Below, one piece after another: positions 1 to 9,319 of a DNA stretch of 28,720 bases (within the stretch, counting starts at the first letter, position 1; each line of letters starts with the position of its first letter). The notes beneath the pieces were generated by a model that made no database searches, was not told where the DNA came from, and saw only the letters and a program-made list of their open reading frames with translations. The DNA comes from Candidatus Krumholzibacteriia bacterium (GTDB taxonomy: Bacteria > Krumholzibacteriota > Krumholzibacteriia > WVZY01), in contig JBHHVD010000038.1 of the NCBI GenBank assembly GCA_046754105.1, positions 1 through 28,720 on the forward strand, read 5' to 3'. A program made the position numbers and the translations under genes.

Positions 1-1
1 T

Positions 2-424
2 CTGACAAAGGTCGACCGCACCAGCATGATGGTGTCGCTGGAGGCCCGCGTGCCCATTCTCGATCACCACCTCGTCGAGTTCGCCGCCACGATTCCGCCG
101 GAGCTAAAACTTCGAGGCACGACCACGAAGTACATCTTCAAGAAGGCCGCAGAACGACTGCTCCCGATCGACATGATCCACCGGCCGAAGAAGGGATTTG
201 CCATTCCCATCAAGTTCTGGCTGCAGAAAGAGTGGGCCGCCCTGAGCCAGGACCTCGTGCTGGGAGAGCGGGCGCGCGGGCGCAACAATTTCAGATCCGC
301 GTACCTCGAGCGCGTGATGAACGAGCACGCGTCCGGGCGGCGCGACAACAGTTCGATCATCTGGGCGTTGATGGTTTTGGAGCTGTGGTTCAGGGAAAAA
401 ATTGATCCTGCCCCCGGGCTGTGA
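2..424 (+). CDS. asnB: Asparagine synthase (glutamine-hydrolysing)-family amidotransferase, C-terminal part (5'-truncated by window edge)
   Basis: Frame open from base 2: LTKVDRTSMMVSLEARVPILDH...KYIFKK...RPKKGFAIP...W, the typical AsnB C-terminal motifs. Could be a glycan-amidating paralogue rather than the housekeeping enzyme. Confidence 0.88.
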   Translation: MTKVDRTSMMVSLEARVPILDHHLVEFAATIPPELKLRGTTTKYIFKKAAERLLPIDMIHRPKKGFAIPIKFWLQKEWAALSQDLVLGERARGRNNFRSAYLERVMNEHASGRRDNSSIIWALMVLELWFREKIDPAPGL

Positions 425-430
425 TACCAT
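402..430 (+). promoter_or_regulatory. Putative sigma70 promoter for pepT, overlapping the asnB 3' end
   Basis: TTGATC (402-407), 17 bp spacer, TACCAT (425-430), with extended -10 TG at 422-423. Confidence 0.5.
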
Positions 431-551
431 GTCGCCCGGTCACCGTGATCGGCCCTCTCGTTCTCGCACAGCCGACCTTGAAAATCCAACCGGGTCGCCG
501 TGCATCGTGGTTTCATCCCACTGCCGGCAGCACGATCGCTAAGGAGCTCAC

Positions 552-1814
552 ATGACGCTCAATCCTCCCAGAGAACCCGTGCTCGACCGTTTTTTGAGAT
601 ACGTCCAGATCGACACCCAGTCTCGAGAAGATTCCGAAACCTACCCCAGCACGAAGAAACAGTGGGATCTGCTCAACCTGCTGCGCGACGAGCTCAAATT
701 GCTCGGCGTCGAAGACGCCTCCACGGACGAGTACGGCTACGTCACCGCCACGATCCCCTCGAACCTGCCGGCCGGCTCGGCCGGGGTGGCGGCGGTCGGC
801 TTCATCGCCCACGTCGATACCTCTCCCGCCATCAGCGGAGCCGGCGTCAAGCCGATCGTGCACCCGAATTACCAGGGGGGCGACATCGCCCTGCCGGGCG
901 ACCCCTCCCAGATCATCCACGCGGACGAGTACCCGAACCTGGAACGGCGCTACATCGGGATGGACATCGTGACCAGCGATGGCACCACGCTCCTCGGCGC
1001 CGACGACAAGGCCGGTGTCGCCGAAATCATGACCGCGGTGGATATGCTGAGGGAAAACCCCGACATTCCGCACGGCGCCGTCAAAATCGCCTTCACACCC
1101 GACGAAGAGGTGGGGCACGGCACACGGTATTTTGACGTAGAGAAGTTCGGCGCCGACTTCGCCTACACCATCGACGGTGGCCCCCTCGGCGAAATCCAGT
1201 TCGAGACCTTCAACGCGTTCGGGGCCGTCATCCGCATCGAGGGTGTCGGCGTACACCCCGGCTACGCCAAGGACAAGCTGGTAAACGCCATTCGCGTAAT
1301 GGCCGACGTCATTGCCCGCATGCCCAGGGAAATGAGTCCCGAGGCCACGGACGGCCGGGAGGGCTACATTCACCCCTACGATTTCGAGGGACAGTCGGAG
1401 GAGGTCAGGATCAAGGTCCTCTTGCGGGATTTCGACATGTCGGGGATGGAAGAAAAGAAGCGTATGCTCGCGGACATCGTAGAAGAGGTTCGCGGGCTCC
1501 ACCCGAAAGCAAGGATAGATCTCGATATCGAAGAGCAGTATCTCAACATGCGGTATCCGATCGAGAAGGAGCCTCGCCTGCTCGAATACGCGGAGGAGGC
1601 CGTGCGCCGCGCCGGCGTCGAGCCGTACAACACGGTGGTACGTGGCGGCACCGACGGCTCGCGGTTGACGTACATGGGCCTGCTGACTCCCAACATCTTC
1701 GACGGCGGCGAGGCGTTTCACAGCAAAATCGAATGGGTGCCCGTGCAGGTCATGGAAAAGGCCGTGGAGACGATCGTGTACATCGCCCAGGTGGTGGCCG
1801 AGAAAGAGGGCTAG
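552..1814 (+). CDS. pepT: Peptidase T (tripeptide aminopeptidase, M20B)
   Basis: RFLRYVQIDTQS, AHVDTS, TLLGADDKAG, FTPDEEVG, HPGYAK, RGGTDG motifs; RBS AAGGAG at 541-546. Confidence 0.96.
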   Translation: MTLNPPREPVLDRFLRYVQIDTQSREDSETYPSTKKQWDLLNLLRDELKLLGVEDASTDEYGYVTATIPSNLPAGSAGVAAVGFIAHVDTSPAISGAGVKPIVHPNYQGGDIALPGDPSQIIHADEYPNLERRYIGMDIVTSDGTTLLGADDKAGVAEIMTAVDMLRENPDIPHGAVKIAFTPDEEVGHGTRYFDVEKFGADFAYTIDGGPLGEIQFETFNAFGAVIRIEGVGVHPGYAKDKLVNAIRVMADVIARMPREMSPEATDGREGYIHPYDFEGQSEEVRIKVLLRDFDMSGMEEKKRMLADIVEEVRGLHPKARIDLDIEEQYLNMRYPIEKEPRLLEYAEEAVRRAGVEPYNTVVRGGTDGSRLTYMGLLTPNIFDGGEAFHSKIEWVPVQVMEKAVETIVYIAQVVAEKEG

Positions 1815-1816
1815 CC

Positions 1817-2008
1817 TCAATCGTAGCGGATCTCGCCGTCGCCTCCATCTCGTTTATGCACCACGTGCAGCCCGAGGGTCTCGTACGCATTGCCTTCCTG
1901 AACATCTCCGACGACCGCTTCGACTGGCAGGCCGATGTCTCCATGGATGGGGGAACAACCTGGGATGAAGCCATCTACGTGATTGAGGCTCACCGTACCG
2001 GTGGTTGA
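1817..2008 (+). pseudogene. Probable C-terminal remnant of a DUF1579-like beta-barrel protein
   Basis: VRIAFLNISDDRFDWQADVSMDGGTTWDEAIYVIEAHR resembles the terminal 'F.W....S.DGG.TW' strands of such proteins. There is no room for an N-terminus after the pepT stop, and the ATG at 1856 has no RBS. Confidence 0.45.
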
Positions 2009-2095
2009 TCACCGAGGCACGCTCCCGGCGCGGATCGCTCATGCGTCCGTGCTGCGGCGCAATCGCAGGTCCCGTTTACCAACAGGAGGTACCCA

Positions 2096-2662
2096 ATGGA
2101 GTTCTTGTCGGATCTCTGGCTTCCAATCCTGCTTTCGTCCGTATTCGTCTTTGTCGCGAGTTCGATCATGCACATGGCCCTGCCGTTCCACAAACGGGAC
2201 TACAAGAAGCTCCCAGACGAAGCGGACGTGCTGGACGCGATGCGAACGCACGGTGTCGCCCCCGGTCACTACATGTTCCCCTGCGCGGGATCGATGAAGG
2301 ACTCGTGCACGCCAGAGATGATAGAGAAATACGAGAAAGGGCCGTGCGGTTTTATGACGGTCGTGCCGACGGGAAGACCCGCAATGGGCAAGAGCCTCGT
2401 GCAGTGGTTTCTGTATTCCCTGCTGGTCAGCGTCCTCGCAGCCTACGTCGCGAGGGTCGGGCGCGGGCCGGGCGCGGATTATCTCGAAGTCTTCCGCGTG
2501 ACCGGCACCGCGGCGATACTCGGTTACGCCGTTGGCTCACTCCAGGACTCGATCTGGAAGGGCCAGAGCTGGGGCATCACGCTCAAGTTCATCTTCGATG
2601 GAGTGCTCTACGGGCTGCTCACCGCCGGCACCTTCGGCTGGCTGTGGCCCGGGGGCGTGTGA
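2096..2662 (+). CDS. Conserved hypothetical integral membrane protein (about 4 TM helices)
   Basis: RBS CAGGAGG; hydrophobic segments LWLPILLSSVFVFVASSIMHM, LVQWFLYSLLVSVLAAYVA, FIFDGVLYGLLTAGTFGWLWP. Confidence 0.85.
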   Translation: MEFLSDLWLPILLSSVFVFVASSIMHMALPFHKRDYKKLPDEADVLDAMRTHGVAPGHYMFPCAGSMKDSCTPEMIEKYEKGPCGFMTVVPTGRPAMGKSLVQWFLYSLLVSVLAAYVARVGRGPGADYLEVFRVTGTAAILGYAVGSLQDSIWKGQSWGITLKFIFDGVLYGLLTAGTFGWLWPGGV

Positions 2663-2759
2663 CAAACCGGCGGGCGCGTGGATCCGCCACGAGATCGCCG
2701 TGCCAGGCCCGGCGTGCAAGGACGGGGTCGGCGGCGAGTTCAGCGGGGGGGGGCGCCGC

Positions 2760-3554
2760 TCACTCGGCGTCCGGGTCCCAGGCGGGCCGCCGCCTGTCGA
2801 AGAACGCCGCGAACCCTTCCCTGCCCTCGGGCGCCATGCGCAGCTTCGAGATCACTTCCGCCGTGTACTCCTGCACCTCGCCGATCGGCGCGCGGGAGAC
2901 GCGTGCGATCAACTCCTTACACGCCTTGACGGCCCCCGGCGCGCTCCGCAGAAAGCTCTTCTCCCACCTGGCCACGGCGGCAGCGAAATCATCGTGGGCG
3001 ACCACCGAGTTCAACAGCCCTATCTCGCACGCTTTCGCGGCGTCGAAGCGTTTTCCTGTAAGAAAAAACTCGCGGGCGCCTCGCTCCCCGATCTTCCGTA
3101 TCACGTACGGCGAAATGACGGCGGGCGCGATGCCCAGCCGGATCTCGGCCAGCGAGAAGAACGTCCGATCGGAGCCAACCGCGACGTCACACGCCGAGAG
3201 AAGGCCCACTCCCCCGCCGATGCACGGTCCGTTTACGGCCGCGACGGTCGCCTGCGGCAGGCGGTAGAGGCCCTCGATCATGGCGGCGAAGCGCCGCGCG
3301 TCGTCCAGGTTTTCCTCGCAGGTATACGCCCCCACCTTTTGCATCCAGTTCAGGTCGGCGCCCGCTGAAAACACCTCCCCCCGGCCCGAAAGCGTCACCA
3401 CCCGCGCCACCTCGTCCCCCGCGAGCGCACGGCAGGCATCGGTCAGTTCGGCGATCACATTCTCGTTAAACGCGTTCTTGACTTCGGGGCGATCGAGCCA
3501 CACACGGGCAACGGGCCCCTCGCGGGTAATCTCAATGGTTTTGTATCTCGACAT
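2760..3554 (-). CDS. Enoyl-CoA hydratase/isomerase (methylglutaconyl-CoA hydratase, LiuC-like)
   Basis: LDRPEVKNAF, FSAGADLNWM, GGGVGL, EIRLGIAPAVISPYV crotonase motifs. Confidence 0.9.
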   Translation of the reverse strand: MSRYKTIEITREGPVARVWLDRPEVKNAFNENVIAELTDACRALAGDEVARVVTLSGRGEVFSAGADLNWMQKVGAYTCEENLDDARRFAAMIEGLYRLPQATVAAVNGPCIGGGVGLLSACDVAVGSDRTFFSLAEIRLGIAPAVISPYVIRKIGERGAREFFLTGKRFDAAKACEIGLLNSVVAHDDFAAAVARWEKSFLRSAPGAVKACKELIARVSRAPIGEVQEYTAEVISKLRMAPEGREGFAAFFDRRRPAWDPDAE

Positions 3555-3790
3555 TTCCGCACCTTTCGGGAAAGAGATCGGGACCAGGTCGCGCGCGCCG
3601 GCCTCGGCCGGTCCTGATTTTTTACCACACCTCGCGAAATGTCACCAACTTTTGAGGGGCCCGCCAGTATTTACTTTGAAAGTGGGACTAGTGACCTGTT
3701 TCCTGTAGTTGGCTCGGTTCCGGGATGGCCCCTTTGCCGGGTCAGGTGTAGGCGAGAAAAAGCGATCGGATAGCACAGACGCGGGTGCAA

Positions 3791-4150
3791 TCAGCGCTTT
3801 TTCGCGACTCGTCGCTTGGGTGATCTGGGTGCGGCCATAGCTTTGCCGACCCGCACGGCATCCAGTGCCCAGGCGACGAGCTCGCTGCCTTCGAGAACAT
3901 CGACCGGGACTTCGAGGTAATTCCTCAACCCTTGATGAGGTTTCGGTTGGAAGCACGACATGCCCGCCTCGGAGTATTTGGGGCGGGTTTCTTCGTTGGT
4001 CTTGAAATAGAGCCGGCCGCCGTGGACGATCGCAAAAAACACACCGCCACTGTAAACGCCGTGCCCCCCAAACATCGCCCGGGAGTGCACGTCTCCGAGT
4101 CCACCGAGTTGATCACACACAAAGGTCAGGAATGAATCGTCCGCGGCCAT
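3791..4150 (-). CDS. TfoX/Sxy N-terminal-domain protein
   Basis: RAMFGGHGVY...FFAIV...LYFK...NYLEVP motif; RBS GGGAGG. Confidence 0.88.
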   Translation of the reverse strand: MAADDSFLTFVCDQLGGLGDVHSRAMFGGHGVYSGGVFFAIVHGGRLYFKTNEETRPKYSEAGMSCFQPKPHQGLRNYLEVPVDVLEGSELVAWALDAVRVGKAMAAPRSPKRRVAKKR

Positions 4151-4254
4151 GGCGCCCTCCCTTCACCGATCGCATGGCACCATACGACACGTGTAGTGCT
4201 TGCAATATAAGCAATTGTACGCCGGACCGCGACAGCGGCGGGCGGAAAAAACCC

Positions 4255-4287
4255 TTGATTTCATGACAATAATCAGGCATCATTGTC
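4255..4287 (+). promoter_or_regulatory. Putative promoter overlapped by a 9-5-9 inverted repeat
   Basis: TTGATT (4255-4260), 17 bp, CATCAT (4278-4283); GACAATAAT-caggc-ATCATTGTC (4265-4287), 8/9 positions palindromic. Confidence 0.4.
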
Positions 4288-4289
4288 GA

Positions 4290-4366
4290 TGAGTTCGTGA
4301 AAAAAATCACGTAAACGTCCAGCCGCCGTAATCCCACACTTCCTCCGTCGGGGCGGCTTTCTTTCT
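4290..4366 (+). ncRNA. Candidate small RNA (about 75 nt) or attenuator upstream of suf
   Basis: Stem AGCCGCC (4321-4327)/GGCGGCT (4352-4358), 24-nt loop containing CCCACACTTCCTCC, then TTCTTTCT; putative promoter just upstream. Confidence 0.4.
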
Positions 4367-4381
4367 GCAAACGACAAACAA

Positions 4382-4410
4382 TTGATTTTTGTCAATTTTT
4401 GCACTATATT
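4382..4410 (+). promoter_or_regulatory. Putative sigma70 promoter of the suf operon with an overlapping FNR-type box
   Basis: TTGATT (4382-4387), 17 bp, TATATT (4405-4410); TTGAT-tttt-GTCAA (4382-4395) is one mismatch from TTGAT-N4-ATCAA. Confidence 0.65.
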
Positions 4411-4462
4411 GAGACAGCTCCGGGGGCGCCCAAGAACGTAACTGCAATAACATGGGGGAGTT

Positions 4463-5911
4463 ATGAGTGACACCCGCGACCCGATCCGCCATTACACGGA
4501 TCGGGAATACAAATACGGCTTCGTCACCGACGTCGAGCAGGAAGTCATCCCCAAGGGGCTCGGCGAAGACATCGTCCGTATGATCTCCGCCAAGAAGCGG
4601 GAGCCGGCGTGGATGCTCGATTGGCGTCTTCAGGCCTACCGGCACTGGGTGACGATGACCGAGCCCCGGTGGCCCCACGTGCACTACCCCGAGATCGATT
4701 TCCAGGATATCCACTACTACGCCGCACCGAAAGACCCGGCGGACGCGCCGAAGAGCATGGACGAGGTGGATCCGGAAATCCGACGCACGTTCGACAAACT
4801 GGGCATCCCCCTCGAAGAGCAGATGGCGCTCGCCGGCGTGGCCGTCGACGCCGTATTCGATAGCGTTTCCGTGGCGACCACGTTCCAGGAAACGCTCGCC
4901 AAAGAAGGCATCATATTCTGTCCTTTCTCGGAGGCGGTCCAGAATCACCCCGAGCTGGTGCAGAAATACATGGGCTCTGTGGTTCCCCACCACGACAATT
5001 TCTATGCGGCCCTCAACTCGGCCGTGTTCACCGACGGCTCCTTCTGCTTTATCCCCCGGGGCGTGCGCTGCCCGATGGAGCTTTCGACGTATTTTCGCAT
5101 CAACGCGGCCAAAACGGGCCAGTTCGAGCGCACGCTGATCGTCGCCGAAGAGGGCGCCTACGTGAGCTACCTCGAAGGGTGCACGGCGCCGATGCGCGAT
5201 GAAAACCAGCTGCACGCGGCCGTCGTGGAACTGGTAGCGCTGGAAGACGCCCAGATCAAGTATTCCACCGTGCAGAACTGGTACCCCGGTGACAAGAACG
5301 GCAAGGGCGGTATCTACAACTTCGTGACCAAGCGCGGCCACTGCCGCGGCGATCGCTCGAAGATCTCGTGGACGCAGGTGGAAACGGGCTCGGCCATAAC
5401 GTGGAAGTACCCGAGTGTCATCCTCAGCGGAGACGACTCCGTGGGCGAGTTCTACTCCGTCGCCCTCACCAACAATTCTCAACAGGCCGACACGGGGACC
5501 AAAATGATCCACGTGGGCCGGAACACCTCGAGCACGATCGTCTCCAAGGGCATTTCCGCGGGTCGCGGCCAGAACAGTTACCGCGGCCTTGTGCAAATCG
5601 GCAGGAAGGCCGCCGGCGCGCGCAACTATACCCAGTGTGATTCGATGCTCATCGGGGATAAGTGCGGCGCCCACACGTTTCCCTATATTGAAACCAGGAA
5701 CACGACCGGCCAGGTCGAACACGAGGCGTCCACCTCGAAAATCGGCGAGGACCAGATTTTTTACTGCCAGCAACGAGGTATCAAGGCGGAAGACGCGGTG
5801 AACATGATCGTAAACGGTTTTTGCAAAGAGGTGTTTCGCGAGTTGCCGATGGAGTTCGCAGTCGAGGCGCAGCGGCTGCTCGAGGTGAGCCTGGAGGGCA
5901 GCGTCGGCTAG
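4463..5911 (+). CDS. sufB: Fe-S cluster assembly scaffold SufB
   Basis: [78 protein letters not shown]. Confidence 0.98.
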   Translation: MSDTRDPIRHYTDREYKYGFVTDVEQEVIPKGLGEDIVRMISAKKREPAWMLDWRLQAYRHWVTMTEPRWPHVHYPEIDFQDIHYYAAPKDPADAPKSMDEVDPEIRRTFDKLGIPLEEQMALAGVAVDAVFDSVSVATTFQETLAKEGIIFCPFSEAVQNHPELVQKYMGSVVPHHDNFYAALNSAVFTDGSFCFIPRGVRCPMELSTYFRINAAKTGQFERTLIVAEEGAYVSYLEGCTAPMRDENQLHAAVVELVALEDAQIKYSTVQNWYPGDKNGKGGIYNFVTKRGHCRGDRSKISWTQVETGSAITWKYPSVILSGDDSVGEFYSVALTNNSQQADTGTKMIHVGRNTSSTIVSKGISAGRGQNSYRGLVQIGRKAAGARNYTQCDSMLIGDKCGAHTFPYIETRNTTGQVEHEASTSKIGEDQIFYCQQRGIKAEDAVNMIVNGFCKEVFRELPMEFAVEAQRLLEVSLEGSVG

Positions 5912-5953
5912 CCCGGCGATTCGGGTGGTACATAGCAACCGAGAGGGACAATA

Positions 5954-6709
5954 ATGCTGGAAATCAAACAACTGCACGCGACCGTAGAGGACAAGGAGAT
6001 CCTGCGCGGCATCGATCTCGAGGTCAACGCCGGAGAGGTCCACGCCATCATGGGGCCGAACGGCTCGGGCAAGAGCACGCTGGCCCAGGTAATCGCCGGG
6101 CACCAGAGCTATGAGGTCACCGGTGGCCGCGTTCTCTACGAAGGTGATGACCTCTTGCAGCTGGACCCGGAGGAGCGTGCATGCAAGGGCATCTTCATGG
6201 CATTCCAGTACCCGGTGGAAATACCGGGGGTGCGGAATTCGCATTTCTTGAAATCAGCGCTCAACTCGAAGCGCAAGTATCTGGGTGAGGATGAAATGGA
6301 CGCCATGGAGTTCCTCGCGATGATAAAGGACAAGATGAAGCTCCTGGACATCGACCCGAGCTTTATGGACCGTCCCGTCAACGATGGCTACTCGGGCGGG
6401 GAGAAGAAACGCAACGAGATCCTGCAGATGGCGGTACTGGACCCCAGGCTGGCCATCCTCGACGAGACGGATTCCGGGCTGGATATCGACGCCTTGAAGA
6501 CCGTCGCCGGCGGCGTCAACGCCCTGCGCTCGCCCGACCGCGCGATCGTGGTCGTAACGCACTACCAGCGGCTCTTGAATTACATCGTGCCGGATATCGT
6601 GCACGTTCTCGTCGACGGGCGCGTGGTCAAATCGGGCGGCAAGGAGCTGGCGCTCGAGCTCGAAGACAAAGGCTACGCCGAAATAGAAAAAAGTGTCTCC
6701 AATGGCTGA
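5954..6709 (+). CDS. sufC: Fe-S assembly ATPase SufC
   Basis: GPNGSGKST, FQYPVEIPGV, SGGEKKRNE, LDETDSGLDIDAL, THYQRLL. Confidence 0.98.
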   Translation: MLEIKQLHATVEDKEILRGIDLEVNAGEVHAIMGPNGSGKSTLAQVIAGHQSYEVTGGRVLYEGDDLLQLDPEERACKGIFMAFQYPVEIPGVRNSHFLKSALNSKRKYLGEDEMDAMEFLAMIKDKMKLLDIDPSFMDRPVNDGYSGGEKKRNEILQMAVLDPRLAILDETDSGLDIDALKTVAGGVNALRSPDRAIVVVTHYQRLLNYIVPDIVHVLVDGRVVKSGGKELALELEDKGYAEIEKSVSNG

Positions 6710-8030
6710 CAATTTCGACATAAAGAGATTCGCGAAGCTCGAAGCCGAAACGCCGCGCACCGGGCCGAAGTGGCTCGCCGGCCTTCGCGCGAGCGCCCGC
6801 GACGGCCTGATTCGCCACGGTTTTCCGACGACCCGCACCGAGGGTTGGCGTTTCACGCGGCTGCGCCCGCTGCTGTCGAGGGACTTTTGTCTGGAGAAGC
6901 AATACCACCCGAACGGGCTATCCACCGCCGACGTCGCCGGCTTGACGTTCGACGACACAGACTGCCGGCGCCTGGTGCTGGTAAGCGGCAACCCCGCGCA
7001 GGGCCTGTCGGCGGTGGGGCGGCTGCCCGAGGGAGTGCACGTCGAAAGCCTCGCGGAGGCGCTTCGGAGCCGTCCCGCGCTGGTGAGAAAGTATCTGGCC
7101 CGCCACGCCTGCCCGGAGAAGAACCCGTTCGTGGCCCTCAACACCGCGCACATGCTCGACGGCGCGTTCGTTCATATCCCCGAGGGGATCACGCTCGAGG
7201 AACCGATTCATCTGCTTTGCGTGTCGGCTTCCCGCGACGGCTCGACCATGTCGCATCCACGCAACCTGATCGTCGCCGAGGCGGGGAGCCGCGCCACGAT
7301 AATCGAGAGTTACGTGGCACCGGGCGACGATATATACTATACGAATCCGGTGACGGAAATCATCGTCGGGCAAGGCGCTGCGGTCGATCACTACAAACTG
7401 CAGAAAGAGAGCCCGGCGTCCTATCACACGGCGACGCTGCAGGCACATCTGGATCGGGGAAGTTGTTTTCACACCGATTTCCTCTCCTCGGGAGGAGAGT
7501 TGGTTAGAAACGACGTCAACACCTACCTGGACGGTGAAGGTATCGAATGCACACTGAACGGTCTGTACGTGGCCCGCGGGCACCAGCACGTAGACAACAA
7601 CACCAACATCGACCACGCGATGCCCAATTGCAACAGCTATGAACTCTACAAGGGCATCCTGACCGACCGGGCTCGAGCGGTATTCAACGGCAAGATACAC
7701 GTTCACCCCGACGCGCAGAAGACCGATGCCAAGCAATCCAACGGATGTATGCTGCTATCGGATGACGCGCAAATAAACACGAACCCGCAACTCGAGATCT
7801 ATGCAGACGACGTCAAATGCACGCACGGTGCTGTGGTCGGGCAGATCGATGACAATGCGGTCTTCTACCTGCGCTCGCGCGGAATAGACGAGGTCTCGGC
7901 GCGGAACATGTTGATCCATGCGTTCGCCGGTGAGGTGATCGAGCAGGTCAAGGTGGCTCCCCTGCGCGAGCGGCTGGCCGGCGACCTGAAGACATGGCTG
8001 GCCGGCGCGATTACGGCGGGCGACGCGTAA
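6702..8030 (+). CDS. sufD: Fe-S assembly protein SufD
   Basis: PTTRTEGWRFT, FNGKIHV, AQKTDAKQ, PQLEIYADDVKCTHGA, FYLRSRGI. ATG 6702, overlapping the sufC end, is preferred over GTG 6693. Confidence 0.96.
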   Translation: MADNFDIKRFAKLEAETPRTGPKWLAGLRASARDGLIRHGFPTTRTEGWRFTRLRPLLSRDFCLEKQYHPNGLSTADVAGLTFDDTDCRRLVLVSGNPAQGLSAVGRLPEGVHVESLAEALRSRPALVRKYLARHACPEKNPFVALNTAHMLDGAFVHIPEGITLEEPIHLLCVSASRDGSTMSHPRNLIVAEAGSRATIIESYVAPGDDIYYTNPVTEIIVGQGAAVDHYKLQKESPASYHTATLQAHLDRGSCFHTDFLSSGGELVRNDVNTYLDGEGIECTLNGLYVARGHQHVDNNTNIDHAMPNCNSYELYKGILTDRARAVFNGKIHVHPDAQKTDAKQSNGCMLLSDDAQINTNPQLEIYADDVKCTHGAVVGQIDDNAVFYLRSRGIDEVSARNMLIHAFAGEVIEQVKVAPLRERLAGDLKTWLAGAITAGDA

Positions 8031-8035
8031 TCTGA

Positions 8036-9319
8036 GTGAAGGACGGACGCACGGTGAGTAGAAACCTGGATCGCGCAAGCGTGAAAAACGGACAGAGCAT
8101 CCACTACGACGTCGAGAGCATCCGCAAGGATTTCCCGGTCCTCGATCAGAGAATACACGGCAAGCAACTCGTCTACCTCGACAATGCCGCCACCGCACAG
8201 AAACCCCAGGCGGTTATCGAAACGCTGGAGCGATACTATTCGACGGACAATTCCAACGTGCATCGGGGAGTGCATGCGCTCAGCGTACGGTCGACGGAGG
8301 CATTCGAGGGCGCACGCGAGAAGACGAGGAAGTTCATCAACGCCGCCGATACGCGCGAGATCGTATTCTGCCGGGGGACGACGGAAGGGATAAACCTCGT
8401 CGCACAATCCTACGGCCGCTCTGCGGTCAACGCCGGGGACGAGATCATTGTCAGCGAGATGGAGCACCACTCCAACATCGTTCCCTGGCAACTCCTGTGC
8501 GAGGAAGCCGGCGCGAAGCTGCGCGTGATCCCCTTCAACGACCGCGGCGAGCTCATCCTCGAACAATACGAGAAGCTGCTCGGGCCCCGCACGCGCATGG
8601 TCGCGATCGTACACGTGTCGAACTCGCTGGGCACCGTCAACCCCCTCGAGCGCATGATCGAGATGGCACACGCAAAAGACATACCCGTGCTCGTGGACGG
8701 AGCGCAAACGGCACCCCACCTCCGAATCGACGTGCAGGAACTCGATTGTGATTTCTTTGTATTCTCCAGTCACAAGATGTACGGCCCCATGGGCGTTGGC
8801 GTTGTGTATGGAAGACGAGAGCTGCTCGAGACCATGTCGCCATATCAGGGCGGCGGCGACATGATTTCATCGGTTACTTTCGAGAAGACGGTTTTCAAGC
8901 CTCTTCCCTACAAGTTCGAGGCCGGCACGCCCAACGTGGCGGGCGTCGTCGCTCTGGGCACCGCTATCGACTATCTCGACAACATCGGTTTTGACGGTAT
9001 TGCCGCACACGACCGTGATCTCGTGCGCTACACGACCGGCGCGCTGCAGGAGATGGAGGACGTCAGAATTATCGGGGACGCGGCGGAGAAAGCCGGCGTG
9101 GTGTCATTTGTAATCGACGGCGTCCACCCGCACGATGTGGGCACGATACTCGACCGCGAAGGTATCGCGATCCGTACCGGCCACCATTGCACACAACCCA
9201 TCATGGCGCACTACGGCGTGCCGGCGACCTCACGGGCGTCGTTCGGCATCTACAACACCCGCGAGGAGGCCGATGCCCTTGTTTCGTCGATACATAAGGT
9301 CCGAGAGGTGTTCAGGTAG
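8036..9319 (+). CDS. sufS: Cysteine desulfurase SufS
   Basis: YLDNAATAQKP, EHHSNIVPWQ, SHKMYGP (PLP Lys), RTGHHCTQP (catalytic Cys). Start may instead be GTG 8054. Confidence 0.97.
   Translation: MKDGRTVSRNLDRASVKNGQSIHYDVESIRKDFPVLDQRIHGKQLVYLDNAATAQKPQAVIETLERYYSTDNSNVHRGVHALSVRSTEAFEGAREKTRKFINAADTREIVFCRGTTEGINLVAQSYGRSAVNAGDEIIVSEMEHHSNIVPWQLLCEEAGAKLRVIPFNDRGELILEQYEKLLGPRTRMVAIVHVSNSLGTVNPLERMIEMAHAKDIPVLVDGAQTAPHLRIDVQELDCDFFVFSSHKMYGPMGVGVVYGRRELLETMSPYQGGGDMISSVTFEKTVFKPLPYKFEAGTPNVAGVVALGTAIDYLDNIGFDGIAAHDRDLVRYTTGALQEMEDVRIIGDAAEKAGVVSFVIDGVHPHDVGTILDREGIAIRTGHHCTQPIMAHYGVPATSRASFGIYNTREEADALVSSIHKVREVFR

Noticed and set aside
513..1820. 435-aa minus-strand ORF
   Set aside because: Antisense shadow of pepT.
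2745..2753. G9 homopolymer as a phase-variation tract
   Set aside because: Lies between two convergent stop codons, outside any CDS or promoter.
4307..6244. 645-aa minus-strand ORF
   Set aside because: Antisense shadow of sufB/sufC, expected from GC-rich codon bias; no recognisable motifs.
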